Source of the DNA: Octopus vulgaris | Lineage: Eukaryota | NCBI GenBank assembly: GCA_951406725.2 | Contig: OX597829.1 | Coordinates: 10,292,001-10,356,000, forward strand | DNA length: 64,000 nt | Reading direction: 5' to 3' | Shown: one piece after another, positions 13,213 to 27,566 of the stretch | Numbering within the stretch: the first letter of the stretch is position 1 | How the letters are laid out: each line of letters starts with the position of its first letter | Notes under the pieces: model-generated | What the model was told of the DNA's origin: nothing | The model's database searches: none | Seen by the model: the letters and a program-made list of their open reading frames with translations, nothing else | Position numbers and translations under genes: made by a program

Positions 13213-13601
13213 TCTATATATATAAAGCTGAAGTTGTCTGTGTGTAGCAGGTTTGGTAGCCTTCAACTAACACTATCTCCTTCGAGACCCTGCAGCGCAA
13301 GTTGACCAAAATCGAGAGTATGATAGAAGAAGGCTTGCTCTTCATTCTGTTGAAGATAAAATTCAAATCGGATCATGTTAATACCAAAATTTATTTACAT
13401 CAAAAAGGTGCTTTTTTTCTATGAAAATCCCTATTTTTTACGATTTTTGACTGGTGTGTGACCATTTTTCGGTGTATTTCAACTGGTAAAATGTTCACTT
13501 GAAGAGAATAACAAGTTGCATAATGCAAAATTTTTACTTTTCAAAAATTCCAATTCTAAAAGGTCGAAACAAACCCAAGCAACACCGGGTGATACTGCTA
13601 G
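13213..13601 (+). mobile_element. Non-autonomous Helitron
   Basis: Starts A|TCTATATATATAAAG and ends with a subterminal hairpin (cccaagcaacaccggg) plus CTAG|T. No TSD. Confidence 0.8.
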
Positions 13602-13602
13602 T

Positions 13603-13642
<40 letters not shown>

Positions 13643-13748
13643 GAGTGTATTTTACCTTGTTAACAATTAACACGGAAAAAAAAAAATTTTGGAAACGTGT
13701 CGAAAGTAAAAATATTTTATTACACCTGCGTTAAACTCCATTTATTTA

Positions 13749-13812
<64 letters not shown>

Positions 13813-13814
<2 letters not shown>

Positions 13815-13972
13815 CGATGGGCTTCTTTCAGTTTCCGTCTTCTTTCAGTTTTCTTTCAGCTTTGGTCGGCCCGAGGCTATAGTAGAAGACACTTGCCCAA
13901 GGTGCCACGCAGTGGGACTCAACCCGGACCGATGTGGTTTGTAAGCAAGCCGCTTACCACACAGCCACTCCC
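13813..13972 (-). mobile_element. tRNA-derived SINE family A, 5' part
   Basis: Reverse complement of the head with A/B boxes and ccttgggcaagtgtctt. Confidence 0.8.
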
Positions 13973-14002
13973 AAGCCTGCATATATAAAATTAGAACTAC
14001 GA

Positions 14003-14281
14003 TGGTCCCGCTTGCACCGATCAGCTGAACAGCCTGCTTGTAAATTTAAAGTGCAAGCAGTCGAGAACTCTATAGACATGCGTACCCATAAGAGATTCTG
14101 CGTGACAAGGAATGGGACAGGTCTGGCCCTTTGAAATGCAGGTACCACACTGTTTTTTGCCAGCTGATTGAACTGGATAACGTGAAATAGAGTATCTTGC
14201 TCAAGGACACAAAACGCCGCCTGGAATCGATCTGACGACTTTACTATCGTGAGCCGGATACCCTAACCACTAAACCACGCT
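14003..14281 (-). mobile_element. tRNA-derived SINE family B
   Basis: Minus-strand tRNA-like head and tgtgtccttgagcaaga domain. Similar copies at 24340-24576 and 42610-42858. Confidence 0.7.
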
Positions 14282-14399
14282 CATTCACAAACACACACAC
14301 ACAACGCACACACGCACACATGTATGTAGAAGACTTTGCGCACTGGAAAGTATGCCAACTGTTTACGTCGGCAGATGATTCGATTAAGTGAGGAATTGA

Positions 14400-15152
14400 A
14401 ATTTGCTTTGATATGTTTGGTATGAAGCCAATGAAGACACGTAATCTTCGGAACTGGTGACAGAGAATGATAAGCTGGTGTTTTTTTTTTGGGGGGGGGG
14501 GGGTGATCCTCAAACAAAAATTCAGACCATGAAATGGCGTCACACTTCTTCTCCAAGGCCTACGACATTCAAGATCTAGCGGTCGATACAGAAAGTCACG
14601 GTGATTGCTTTAGCGGTTAACAAGTACGTCTTTCTCCTCGATTTTCTGGAGTGTGGCTGTACCGTGATCAGTGAAAGGTACCTCAAAAAGCTTAGAGAAA
14701 TCATTACGAAAAGCCAGAACAGGAATTTCAGAACGATCCGCATTCAATGTGACTGTGTAGGTGTGACACATTCTTGGCAACAAATAGAGCAATCGGCAAA
14801 TTGAGTTGATTATTGATCTTCCAACCATCGAACAATCTCGATTTTGTACCTTCCGTCTGCCACGTATTCTTCCCAGTGAAAGTCAGTATTTAGGAGACAA
14901 CGATTTGATTATACAAGCGAAGTAAAAATAGATGTACACAAATAGGTACGACAGAGTACAACTGAATTTTTCCAAGAAGATTTGAGTTCACCAATGGTAT
15001 AAATGCATAGATTATGATGCAGATTATGTTGAGTAATGTTTTTGTGTAGATGAATATATACTCTACCATCATGTGCAATTTGAACAACCTATGTGATTTA
15101 ATCAAAATGTCATACCCACTTTTCCATTTCTTCCGGTATAACCCGCGTGTAT
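14400..15152 (+). mobile_element. Highly decayed mariner-like transposon remnant
   Basis: Translation fragment FLLDFLECGCTVISERY, a PYSPDLAP-like region near 14820-14860 and a TIR-like end ..ttccggtataacccgcgtgta. Confidence 0.45.
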
Positions 15153-15194
15153 ACGCGTGTATAAACACACAATCACTCACAAAGACACACACAA

Positions 15195-15471
<277 letters not shown>

Positions 15472-17045
15472 TGTTTATTTATTAGCCACACAGGGCTGCA
15501 CACAGACGGGACAGATTACAAAGTAGAGCTTTTCTTTTTGGGGGAGAGAAAAAAAAGGGTGGGTTAGGCTTTCGATCAAAAGGGATTGTAAAAGGGAAAG
15601 AAGAAAAGAAAAAAAAGGGAAAAACGATCAATAGGGATCGTGTATCACAGTGTCATGGTGTAAAGTGTAAAGGGAGAAGCAGATAAGGTTTATCCGCAGG
15701 AAGAAAAGCCTAAGGAAAAGACCACGGTAACCTCGGTCAATGATGTTACATGTTACCACACTTGTTTGCAAGTGGGTAACCCTCTGTTTCCAATTTCCGG
15801 GTTCATAGGATTATGCTCAAGGTGGCTTCGTCATTCATACGTGCCATCCTTGCTACATTCACCCATCTTTTTTTTAAACATTCGCTAGACAAATCTTGCC
15901 TCTCTACTCTCACTTTCCTTTTCATGTGGTACTTGAAGAAGTTGATGAGAGATTGACCAGAGAGGAAAGTGTTTGTCTCCAATCCTTTCAGACGCGTCCA
16001 CCAGATACATTCTTTCGCCATAGCCACAAGGATGATGAAGATAGCTCTTCCTTCCCGTTTGAAGGAAGGAGGCGTGACAATAGTGACGATAGACTCGGCT
16101 GCTGATAAACCGACACGTCCCACACGTGACAGCAGTCGTTCGACATAAGCCCACAGGTCGGAAATTGTTGGACACTGCACGAGTGCGTGCAGAACGGTTT
16201 CGTCGCTCTGCTCGCATCTCGGGCAGGACGGACCCGTGTTTCTCGAGCCGTGTCTGTAGAGCTTATTCCGAACGGGTAGCGCTTCTCGGTAGCACTGCCA
16301 GGCCAAGGATCTCTGGAAGATGTCCATGTGCCCTGGCCCGAAAGTCGTCCTGAACAGGCGGGTCAGGTATTTCTCGTCGACGCCCAGTTTCACCCCAAGC
16401 TCGTCATCGTACCTCCCCTCCACTAATCCCCGATCGAATGCTTTGGTTGTGTTGAAGTCACTCAAGGTCGACCCGGGACGGCATAGTTACTTGAGAACAA
16501 CGCGACATTCGCAGTGCCATTCGCCCTTCCTTTCCACAAAAAGCGAAAGAGAATGCGTTCTAGTTTGGTGATGGTAGGGTTGGGACAAGGCACGACGGTC
16601 AGGCGGTAGTAGATGACGGACGCGATGTACGAGTTCGCCACCTCCGCCCGACCTTTTAGGGACAGTTTCCTCTCGGCTCATTGCCGGGCGAGAGTGACCA
16701 CTCTACTCGTTATCTCGTTCCAGTTTTTCTCCATTTGGAGGTCCGGACCAAACCAGACCCCGAGCAACTCGACCAGACCGTCGGTCCAGCGTCCCACGAC
16801 GGATGTGCTGGTGTACGGCATGGGCTTGCTTCTCCAGGTGCCGAGTCGCAATCTCACTGATTTTTCCTGGTTGGTTTTCGCTCCTGTCACCGCCTCGTAG
16901 TTTTCAGTGTCTCGCCGACCAGCTCGATATGCTCGTGGCTAGACACTATGACGGTGACGTCATCCGCGTATGCAGACACGCTCGTCCCGCATCCAAATTC
17001 TCGCGATATGCCCCTCAAATTTGCCAACTTCTGCAATAATGGCTT
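15472..17045 (-). mobile_element. 5'-truncated Tx1-clade LINE, same family as 2400-4300, with its 3' UTR
   Basis: VSAYADDVTV, GRWTDGLVELLGVWFGPDLQ and CPRCEQSDETVLHALVQCP. The 3' UTR ends in aataaataaacat adjacent to (TATC)n. Confidence 0.85.
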
Positions 17046-17533
17046 TATATACCTATAAATGTGTGTGTGAGAGTGTGTGTGTATGTATGTATAAACTACA
17101 TACATGGGTACGTTATGGGTACGTAAACACACCAGCATCGGTGGTCAAGTGATGTTGGAGAAATTGTATATAATGGAGAAATTGTATATAATGGAGAAAT
17201 TGTACAAAATGTATAAATAGATGATGAGTAAAGCACCGGCAAAGTTTCGATTCCCTGTTGTTATCCGTAGATTTACTGCAGGGACTTCGTAGAGGCGGTT
17301 GGGTTAACAGTATTAATAAAATAGGAGATGGAATATGTAATAGACTTTATTGGGTGCAACACATGTTTCGACCCTCTCTGCGTCTCAATAAAAATCTCAT
17401 TAGATATTTCTTGAGTTGACTTACGTACCATCAATTCGAGAATGAGTAAAATCAAGGAAAATTTACTGAAATGCAAAAAATTCAAATATGAACGTGGAAA
17501 GTATACTATGTATACTATATATACTATAATATA

Positions 17534-17937
17534 GGAGCAGGAATGGCTGTGTGGTAAGTAGCTTGCTAACCAACCACATGGTTCTGGGTTCTGTGTTCAT
17601 CCCACTGCGTGGCATCTTGGGCAAGTGTCTTGTGCTATAGCCCCGGGCCGACCAATGCCTTGTGAGTGGATTTGGTAGACGGAAACTGAAAAGAAGCCTG
17701 TCGTATATATGTATATATATATGTATGTGTGTGTTTGTGTGTCTGTGTTTGTCCCCCTAGCATTGCTTGACAACCGATGCTGGTGTGTTTACGTCCCCAT
17801 CACTTAGCGGTTCGGCAATAGAGAGCGATAGAATAAGTACTGGGCTTACAAAGAATAAGTCCCGGAGTCTATTTGCTCGACTAAAGGCGGTGCTCTAGCA
17901 TGGCCGCAGTCAAATGACTGAAACAAGTAAAAGAGAG
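17534..17937 (+). mobile_element. Full-length tRNA-derived SINE family A (resembles octopus OR/OK-type SINEs)
   Basis: A-box tggctgtgtgg, B-box-like gttcatccc, cttgggcaagtgtctt domain, internal microsatellite and tail gactgaaacaagtaaaaga. Multi-copy in this window. Confidence 0.85.
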
Positions 17938-17947
17938 TATGTATATG

Positions 17948-18594
17948 TCCAGAGAACAAGCTGTCATCATTCCCCTTCTCTCCTCCTTTGTATGGCTACA
18001 CCTTGAATACTACTGTCCACTGTGGTCTCCCCATACAAAACAAAATATCTCGAAAATTAAATCATCCCAGAGGTCATTCACTAAATGAATTAAGGGCATA
18101 ACTGATCTCGATTACTGGGACCGCCTTAACGCATTGAAACTCTACTCTCTCCAGCGCTGCCTCGAGCGGTATATCATTTGCACGATGGGGAGAATAAACC
18201 GCCAGCATTGTGCAAACGACCTGAACATTAGCTTCAAAATTCATCCAAGGCTAGGACCACGGGCCATACGTCCCCTACCCAGTTCAGGATCACAACACAT
18301 AAATACACTACGACACAATTTCTTTTACACAACAGGCCCTTCCCTATTTAACATTGTCCCAGATGAAAGAGGAAAAGGATCCCATCACCTATAAATGGCA
18401 TGTGGACAAATTTCTTCACGGAATACCAGATAAGCCACCTATGCCTGGGTACAATTTACTCAACAAGAACTTGAATGGACCATGATACCACAAGACTGAA
18501 CTTAAAAAGGATTTAGATAATCCTATCCATTGGTGCTTTTAAGTTAGACATGGCCTGGACCAATCTTTAGTCCAAACATATCTAAGTTTTCCAA

Positions 18595-18595
<1 letters not shown>
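17948..18595 (+). mobile_element. CR1-group LINE 3' fragment
   Basis: HLEYYCPLWSP-like and LKLYSLQRCLERY motifs. Homologous to 59948-61567, including the catatctaagtttt tail. Confidence 0.8.
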
Positions 18596-18650
<55 letters not shown>

Positions 18651-20696
18651 ATATATACATATATACATGTTTGTATGTATGTATTTGTATGAATGTATAT
18701 ATAAATATAAACATTAAACTTTGTTCTATTCCTAAACTTTAGGCTCTGGTGTACACATTGTCACACTGAGTCATGGAATAAACATTCGGTTTCTATTTTT
18801 AACAACACGGCTTTTTGATTCTTTTATTTTAATTTTATTTCTGTTTTATGTATTATTTATCTTCGCATTTATTTATTTAATATTTTCTTTCGCAGGGTAG
18901 GGACATTCCTCGTGGTGTTTGTTATACCAATCTCATCATGGTGATCTTTTACTAAATCTCACAACACAAGATTTTTAATTTGCATCATTTTTTTATTTCG
19001 TTCTTTTCTGCTTTTCCCCCTCCGGCTTCATTCTGTCATTTTGGATAATCTTTCTCTTCCCCCGTCCCCACATTCCTCTCTCAACTATAACCACCACAAC
19101 CACCATCACCACTTCCAACCTCCCTGATTATCAGAGGTACTGATTGTTCTTTGGTGCCAAATCCTGTTGATCTCTGCAGCTGATATTTTGTCATTCTGGA
19201 CTGTTTTGTTTTCTGCTAATTGGTTTTGTTGTTGTAGTTATTGTTGTTGTTTTGTTGGATATTTTTTATGTGTTACTTTTTTTTTTTTATTATATATTCT
19301 TCTCGGTGGCCTTTTAATTCCTTGCGCTATATTTCTCTGGTAATTTTTTTTCTCTTCTTTTGTTATTATTTGCGCTTCTGTTAGGGTGTCTATTTAACGA
19401 ATTACACAATCCTATTTGGGATTGTCACTGGCTTTAAAAAATGACAAATCTACAATGATCTGTCACAATTAAACCACACGCGCTTACGCTGCACGTGTGT
19501 GTATGCGTGTGCGTGTACAACGTATACATACATACATACATACATACATACATACATACATACATACATGTACGTATACATACACACTCAAACAGACATA
19601 TATATGCGTGTGGTGTGTGCGTGTATGTGTGTGTGTGAGTGTGTGTGTGTGTATGAGTGTGTGTGTGCGTACGTGTAATTATTAATGGTAGTACTCACTG
19701 CCTACTTTCAAGTTTCGCTTACAGTGGCTTCTTATAACTGTTTTGTGAAGCCAGTATCAGTTCAGTGTGTCTAGGTGAGTTGTGTAAGTGCTAATGTGAT
19801 GTGTGTATGTGTGTATTTGTGTGTTAATGGGTGGGGGTGAGTGTGTGCGTGTGTGTGCGAAATGAAATTGAATTTGAAGAGGAAAACAAAGAGTGGACTT
19901 GATAATTTTCGATGGCTCGATGACCATGGAACAAGAACTATTTTGAACTTATATCTTATTGTGGAGCGGCGAGAAAATCAGAAAAGCCGTAACATTGGCG
20001 GCGGAGGCAGTGGCGGAGGTCGCGGCGGAAGCGATGGAGGCGGCGGCAGATACTACGGTGGAGACTGCAGCAGCAGAGATAGTGGAGGTGGTGGTTTTGG
20101 TAGTGTTGGAGAGTAGAATGATTATTTGCTACGTTATGTGGAGGTAAAAAAAACAAGAAAAGGTATTCAATTCGGAGGTGGAAATGCGTTTGAAAAAAAG
20201 AGAAACAGAAGATACTTTTGAGAATCTCTTTGGTAAGTTCCTTTGTCGTTCTCATTAAATAAAACTGTAAAAAGTTGACTGCAAAATAAATAAATAAACG
20301 CGACGAGATTGAGGCAAGGATAATGTCAAAGTTGTCGCCATACATTGATCTTGTTTATATCAGTTATTTTTGTAGTAGTAGTTGTTGTTGATTAAACACA
20401 AATCCTCACAACGGAACCGATCTGTGATTACAAGAATTTCAGCCGTGGCCGTCCACACCCATTTTCAAATAGCAGGCGCGAGCGTGGCTATATGGTAATT
20501 ATATGGTAATTTTAATCTGCTTCCAGACTACTGCATGTTATCATGGGCAAGTGTTCTCTTTCAAAACCATGTACCGAGCCAGGCCGACCCAAGTACCGGG
20601 CTAGGCTTGTGAGTAGATTCGGTACACGGAAACTAAAAGAAGCCCGTCACACACACACATATATGTGTATGCATCAACATATTATTTTCTTTTCTG

Positions 20697-20741
<45 letters not shown>

Positions 20742-20754
20742 TAACATATATATC

Positions 20755-21088
20755 CACGGTAACTGCAGTGAATTTGCCTTTAGAAATAGAAGTGTCGCCT
20801 TAAGTTCTCGTATGCCTAATAACTGTTTGGCGCTGACACTGTTGAGCCTCTCGCAACCGAGCAGTCCACCAGCGCACCTCAGTCAACATTATTGACTGTC
20901 TTTTAGCTGCAGCTTTAAACCTGCACAGAGTTACCTCTCTTCGTTATTTCTCTTTGAGGAAGGGTGAAGAACCGGAAACGTTGCATCTGAAATTCCGATG
21001 GTTTCCAACGCTGGATAGAAATGGAATTTTTTACAGCTTTTATCAAAAGAGAGATCTTTCTCTCCATGGTTGGCCCTGATATTGTTCT
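20755..21088 (+). mobile_element. (TA)n-flanked non-coding element with a degenerate hammerhead
   Basis: TTGAGGA-AGGGT-GAAGA-ACC-GGAAAC-GTTGC-ATC at 20954-20987; microsatellites on both sides. Confidence 0.4.
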
Positions 21089-21091
21089 ATA

Positions 21092-21143
<52 letters not shown>

Positions 21144-21177
21144 TCAACATATAGACGGATAGGTACATAGGTTACAA

Positions 21178-23258
21178 CATTGCTGCCCAACGTCCGGCCC
21201 ACGAAGCCTTAGAATCCGGCCCGCTAGTCGGTCTTCAATTTATGGGTATCTGCGAAACAAATTACAAAAAAATGTATTCGTAGATCACAAAAAATCACAT
21301 TAAAGTATCCTTTTTATGTTGAGGAAGTGTGCTACACACAGGTCTTCTCCATACGTCATTATGAGACGTGATTCATCTGCGACAGAGATAGTTTTAAGCA
21401 TGCTGAGTCAGCTGCTGGCCGTGTTGTGGATGAATACCGATTTTCGGTGGCTGAAAACTGTAAAATCAAGCCGGCTCAAGCCAGCAGCCAATCACGACAT
21501 CGCTCAGTCAATGGGAAAATTCACCGCCTAAGAATTTCGATAGATTTTGAGCTTGAAGACCGATTCTCGGTGGATGAATGAATAATTCTATAAAACCGGC
21601 ATTTGAGATGATTTAATTTCAAATTTACTCAGGCACAACTTTTGATACGGAAAGAATATAAGAATACCGAAGAGCAAATTACAGTAGTTTCTTTTTCATA
21701 ATAAATTTCAAATTTTGTTCATCCATGGCATCGGCTAGAAAAATCAGAAAAGTAGACAAGGAGAATCGCAGGTTTAACGAGACATGGACAAATTTATATT
21801 TCTTTGTGGAATCAAATGCAAAATGTCTCTGTCTGACCTGTGGTGAAACAATCGCAGTTCCAAAAGTTGAAAATGTGAAACGGCATTACACATTAAAGCA
21901 CGCTTCGACCCATAATCGTTATGAAGGAGATCAACGCAAGGAGAAAGTACTTTTACTTCAAAGGAATTTAGTCTCGCAACAGAATTTTTTTGGAAAATAG
22001 ATGATGGATCGAAAAAATACGCCAAAGAAATTTTCGTCATTGCTGAAAAGATTACACGCAACATGAAACCTTTTTCGGAAGGAGACTTTATCAAGGAATG
22101 TATCACCTCGGCGATTGAAATTCTGTGCCCAGAGAAAGAGTAAACTATAAAATGTGTTAGCTTGTCGCGTAATACAATAACCCGAAGGATTGAAGAACTG
22201 GCCGAAAATAAGAAAATGCAGTTGAACGAACTTTGTAAAAACTTCGAAACTTACAGCATTGCCATCGACGAATCTACTGATATGACTGATACGCCACAAC
22301 TGGCGATTTTCGTAAGACGTGTTGATTCAAGTTTTAATATCACTGAAGAATTACTTGCTTTATGCCCGATGAGAAAAAATTACACAGGTGCTGCTGTTTT
22401 CAAAGAAATCGATATTGCACTCGAAAAGGCGGGACTGACTTACGATCGCCTGGTGGGAATTGCTACCGATGGTGCACCGGCCATGATCGGCAAGAAACAA
22501 GGCTTGAGTGGTATCATCCAAAAAAAAACTGGAATCCTGAATGTGAGTAAAGACCAAATATTGTGGTACCATTGCATTATACATCAGGAATCACTTTGCT
22601 CCAAAATAATTAAGTTTGATCACGTCATGGATAATGTCGTGAAAGCTGTCAACTTCATTCGGAGTCGCGCGTTAAATCATCGACAGTTTCGAAATTTTCT
22701 CGATGAGATAAACGCCGAATTTTCTGGCATTCCTTACTTTACCGAGATCAGGTGGCTCAGCCGTGTTCGTACTTTGAAACGCTTTTACGATATTCAAGAA
22801 CATGTGGCAGCATTCCTTGAAGCAAAAGGAAATTTATGCATCAATTTTGATGACGTCAAATGGATGAAAGCCATTTATTTGATCAAGTGTTTTTTAAATC
22901 TTGATCAATTGTTAAATTTGTTTTATAGGATGTAAGGTTCTAAATCAAAATTTGTAATGGTCATTTCGTATTCATATAATATCTGGAGACTATAATTTTT
23001 TTGATAGCAGAGAAGAAGTAATAGAAATAGTATCATATGTAGGACCCCTATGTTTAAATTGAGTTATGAATTATAATTGCATAATGGATAATTTCTATAA
23101 ATAGAATAATAGAATCAATGTTTTCAGTTCTGAATACTTTTTCAAATCATTTCAAATAGTTGTATTAAAAAATGAAAGGCTAGAAATGTGAGTCCGGCCC
23201 ACTATCATCGTTTTTTTCTTAAATCCGGCCCATGTTCGGAAAAGGTTGGTAAGCACTG
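21178..23258 (+). mobile_element. hAT DNA transposon (Charlie/SPIN/GTF2IRD2-like transposase), defective
   Basis: Perfect 8-bp TSD GGTTACAA (21170-21177 and 23259-23266), imperfect TIRs CATTGCTGCCCAAC / GTTGGTAAGCACTG and subterminal ccggccc repeats. Confidence 0.92.
21725..22935 (+). pseudogene. hAT transposase pseudogene
   Basis: BED-like CLTC..HYTLKH, SIAIDESTD, ATDGAPAMIG, HCIIHQESLC and RWLS motifs. Stops and frameshifts; C-terminus lost. Confidence 0.88.
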
Positions 23259-23761
23259 GGTTACAAGAACAAACACATATGGAGGCACGGATCCACACAT
23301 ATAAAGATGCACATCCATACATACAAACATGGTATATAGTTGCGTAACACACACACACAAGGAGACAGAGGTGCATACATATACAAACACATGCTCACAC
23401 ACACATACATAGAAAATACACAAACACGGACAGGCAAGCACATAAATATAGAGGATACGTACATACAGATGCACACACATACATACATATATACATATGC
23501 ATACACACACATACATACATACACATGCAAACACACACATACATACGTACATGCATGCATGTATAGGCACACACATACGCACAAACAAACAAAAGGGAAC
23601 GCAGTGTAAATAAGGGACAGAGTCAAGACTATTGAAAAGGTTGCAAGACGCAACGAAAATTTTAGGAAAATAAAAATAAGAAAAAAAAGTGGAAATTTTA
23701 CCGGTGAGTGTGTTATATTATAAGGCACTAAAAGAGAATGACTCTCCCCAGACACAACATA

Positions 23762-23802
<41 letters not shown>

Positions 23803-24339
23803 AATATAGGGACAGAGAGAGAGAGAAGGAGAGATGTGTGTCATTATGTTTTTGTTTGCGCTCCCACCTCACTGTCTGATATCCGGTATTAGTTTGTTCG
23901 CGTCACTCTAACTTAGCGTAACAGGCTTTAAAAATAAGTACTGGGGCGGATACGTTCGACAAAAATCTTTCAAATCAATGCCCCAGCATGGCCGGAGTTC
24001 ATTGACTAATACAAGTAAAAAATAACTTGATAACAGATATCAAGTATTTCACTTCTTCAAGATGTTAAGGTATGTATTGAAGAGACTTTTGGTTGTTATT
24101 TCTTTTAGATTTGTCGACATAGAAGTTCCCTTGTTGGTTCGTTTATATTTACGTTGAGCAAGTAAATGAAAATGTCCTCTACACTTTATTCTGCTGTTTA
24201 TTTGTTGTTAAAACTGATCGTTTGTTTATATAATAAATGCTTGGTTGCGACGTCTGAGTGCTCTCACTTGAAATGTCATCCCTTTTTCCAGAATTTAGTC
24301 CAAATTCTCATTACATTGTTAGTCTAAAGTGATGTTTCA

Positions 24340-24576
24340 TACTTCTCAGTGATTCTCTCCTCTCAGTACCACTGATGTTATCCAAGGGAAAGGCAAAGGC
24401 TGAAAGAGTTTGAGACCGGTGATGTCGAAACTCATTTCTACAGCTGAGTGAACTGGAGCAATGTGAAATAAAATGTTTTGCTCAAGGACACAACACCTAA
24501 CACAAATTCCCAGTTCAGGAATCGAACTCAGAACCTCATGATTGTGAATCCGATGCTCTAACCACTGAGCCATGCA
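24340..24576 (-). mobile_element. tRNA-derived SINE family B
   Basis: Minus-strand tggctcagtggttagagc..gagttcgattcc head. Confidence 0.7.
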
Positions 24577-24833
24577 CATATGTTTGTTATTTGTATGTGT
24601 GTATGCATGCGCGTGTCTTTATATGCATGCGGGATCACCAACAAATGACATCCTAGATTCTAGGGCCTTGTTTCCATTCATTCATGAAAAATGAATGCCA
24701 CTATTCCTGCTTGCATTTCGCCGAATTAAAAGTGAAACCGAAATAACCAATTTTGTTGACGCAGTTACAATTTCAATGCAGAGCACATTACACACATACA
24801 CGCACATACACACACATACACATACACACACAA

Positions 24834-24879
<46 letters not shown>

Positions 24880-25851
24880 GCTCACAAACAAACAAAAGCA
24901 CGCACACTTTACTTAAATTTAATTTAATACTCTTCAAAAACAAAACAAAAAACGAAGACAAATAAATAGAAAAGGAAAAGTAACAAGACACTAGACTTTA
25001 AGTCTTTCATCATTATACCAATTATGTCAAAGATCAGAGGTAAATGGAAGACAATGGGAAATACAAAATTTCATTACTTTTTTTTTTCAAATTATATCAC
25101 CGTGATTATATTTTAGAATTTCTGCTGATAGAAGTAAGCTGTGTGAGAAGAAGCAAAGAGAATATTTAATAGATTTTTGCTTATGTCGTTTCACAAAATG
25201 AAAATTATCTGCTATATTCATGCGCAAATGAAATCAGCTTAACTTATAACGGTGAAGAACTTGAAGAACAAGCATTTCCCAATATTTCGCACATACAACT
25301 CTACCGACTAACTTTCCATATTTATGATGGCGTCCGCTTTATGCACTTGTGCACAAATTCATAAACCCATTAATCCAGCCTGTACACACCTGTACAGATA
25401 CATTATAATAAGCGGTGACATACAACGAATGTCAAACATACGACGACAGCGAGTAAAGAGCAAAGTATGGGGAAAACGGCAAAAACAAAGCAAGGGACAT
25501 AACGGGAAATGACGTCATAAGATAACATTGCGCTCTAACTAGGTTCTTACGAAATTTGAGCAGATCTTCTGTAAGAGTAATAAGTTAAACACATGCACAC
25601 ACATGGTTGCATTCAATTATACACTCTGCCCCATTGAAGTTTTTCCTTCTGCTAAATCAATATGTATCCTCATATTGAATCTATCTGTATGACCGTCTCT
25701 CTGTCTCCTTCCCGGAATACACACTCTCTATCTCACTCCTCTCTCTCTCTCTCTCTCACTCCTCTCTCTCTCTCACTCACTGTCTGTCTCTCTCCCTTTC
25801 TCTCACTGTCTGTCTCTCACTCCCACACATTTTCTCACGTTAACACAAAAT

Positions 25852-25934
<83 letters not shown>

Positions 25935-26099
25935 TGTATGTATGTATGTATGTATGTATGTATATGTGTGTATGTACGTATGTATGTATACATCATATAT
26001 ATGTGTGTGTGTGTGTGTATGCAATTATCAATGTATCTAAATATTTATCTTTCCTATCCATCTGTCCTATTTTCTATCCAACGATCTGCCGTTTCAGCC

Positions 26100-26189
<90 letters not shown>

Positions 26190-26494
26190 TTGATATTTTC
26201 TTAATTGTTTTTTGTCATATAGTTTACTTACCTTTATTTTTCCAACACACGTGTAAATAATATGCAAATACCTCTCTGTGTGTGCGTATGTGTATAATAT
26301 ATTTTCATACATAGATATATGATATATGATATATGATTTATATATATGTGTGTATCTATTTGTGGCTAGAAAATGATGTCGACTGATGTCTAATATTTCA
26401 CTGTCCCTGTCTCTGTCCGTGTATACATACTCTCCATCACCCTATAACTACATCCTTTCAAGCATTAATCTGTCAACTTGCATATAGCTATATC

Positions 26495-26565
<71 letters not shown>

Positions 26566-26568
26566 CAC

Positions 26569-26610
<42 letters not shown>

Positions 26611-26720
26611 TGTGTACAGTGCTCAGGTGCACTACAACTCATCTAAAGTGTATATACATGTATATGTATGCATATATATATATACATATATGTAAATATA
26701 TATATATGCACATATTTAAA

Positions 26721-26765
<45 letters not shown>

Positions 26766-27025
26766 AACCATATGAATGCAATACAAGGTGGAAAAAATAC
26801 CGGAGGTAGAGTAATAAAGTATACACAGAGACACACACACACATACACATATATATACATATATATGTATATATATGTATATATATATATATGCATATAT
26901 ATGTATATATGTATATATATATATTTATATATATATATATACATATATATGTATATATATATATGTATAAAAACATATATATGTATATATATATACATAT
27001 ATATATGTATATATATATACATATA

Positions 27026-27086
<61 letters not shown>

Positions 27087-27291
27087 GTAATATATATATA
27101 TATGTATATATACATATATATGCTTATACATGTACAAATGTATGAATATATTAATGAAAATGTATTAGATTGTATATGAGTGTAACTGAGTGCGTACGTG
27201 TTTGTGTGTGTATGTGTTTACAATATATGCTCGGTGTCAATTTTGGGGAGTTCATCTTTATGTGTTTGCATGTGTGTATCCATATGTACAC

Positions 27292-27324
<33 letters not shown>

Positions 27325-27407
27325 CACATATATATATATATAATATATATATATATATACATTCACAAATATGCATGCATTTATATCTATGTATGTATAT
27401 GTGTATG

Positions 27408-27441
<34 letters not shown>

Positions 27442-27501
27442 TGTATGTATGTATGTATGTATCTATCTATCTATCTGTCTATCTGTCTGTTTTTTTATCT
27501 A

Positions 27502-27566
<65 letters not shown>

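Noticed and set aside
17157-17211. Three copies of an 18-bp unit
   Set aside because: Simple local slippage duplication.
17232-17300. Minus-strand tccctg/caggga stem followed by GAAAC
   Set aside because: The CUGANGA box and the cleavage site are not intact.
17534-17610. tRNA gene
   Set aside because: The A/B boxes belong to a SINE head; no full cloverleaf.
19841-20345. Gly/Ala/His-rich ORFs
   Set aside because: Low-complexity GGC repeats with no domain or splice support.
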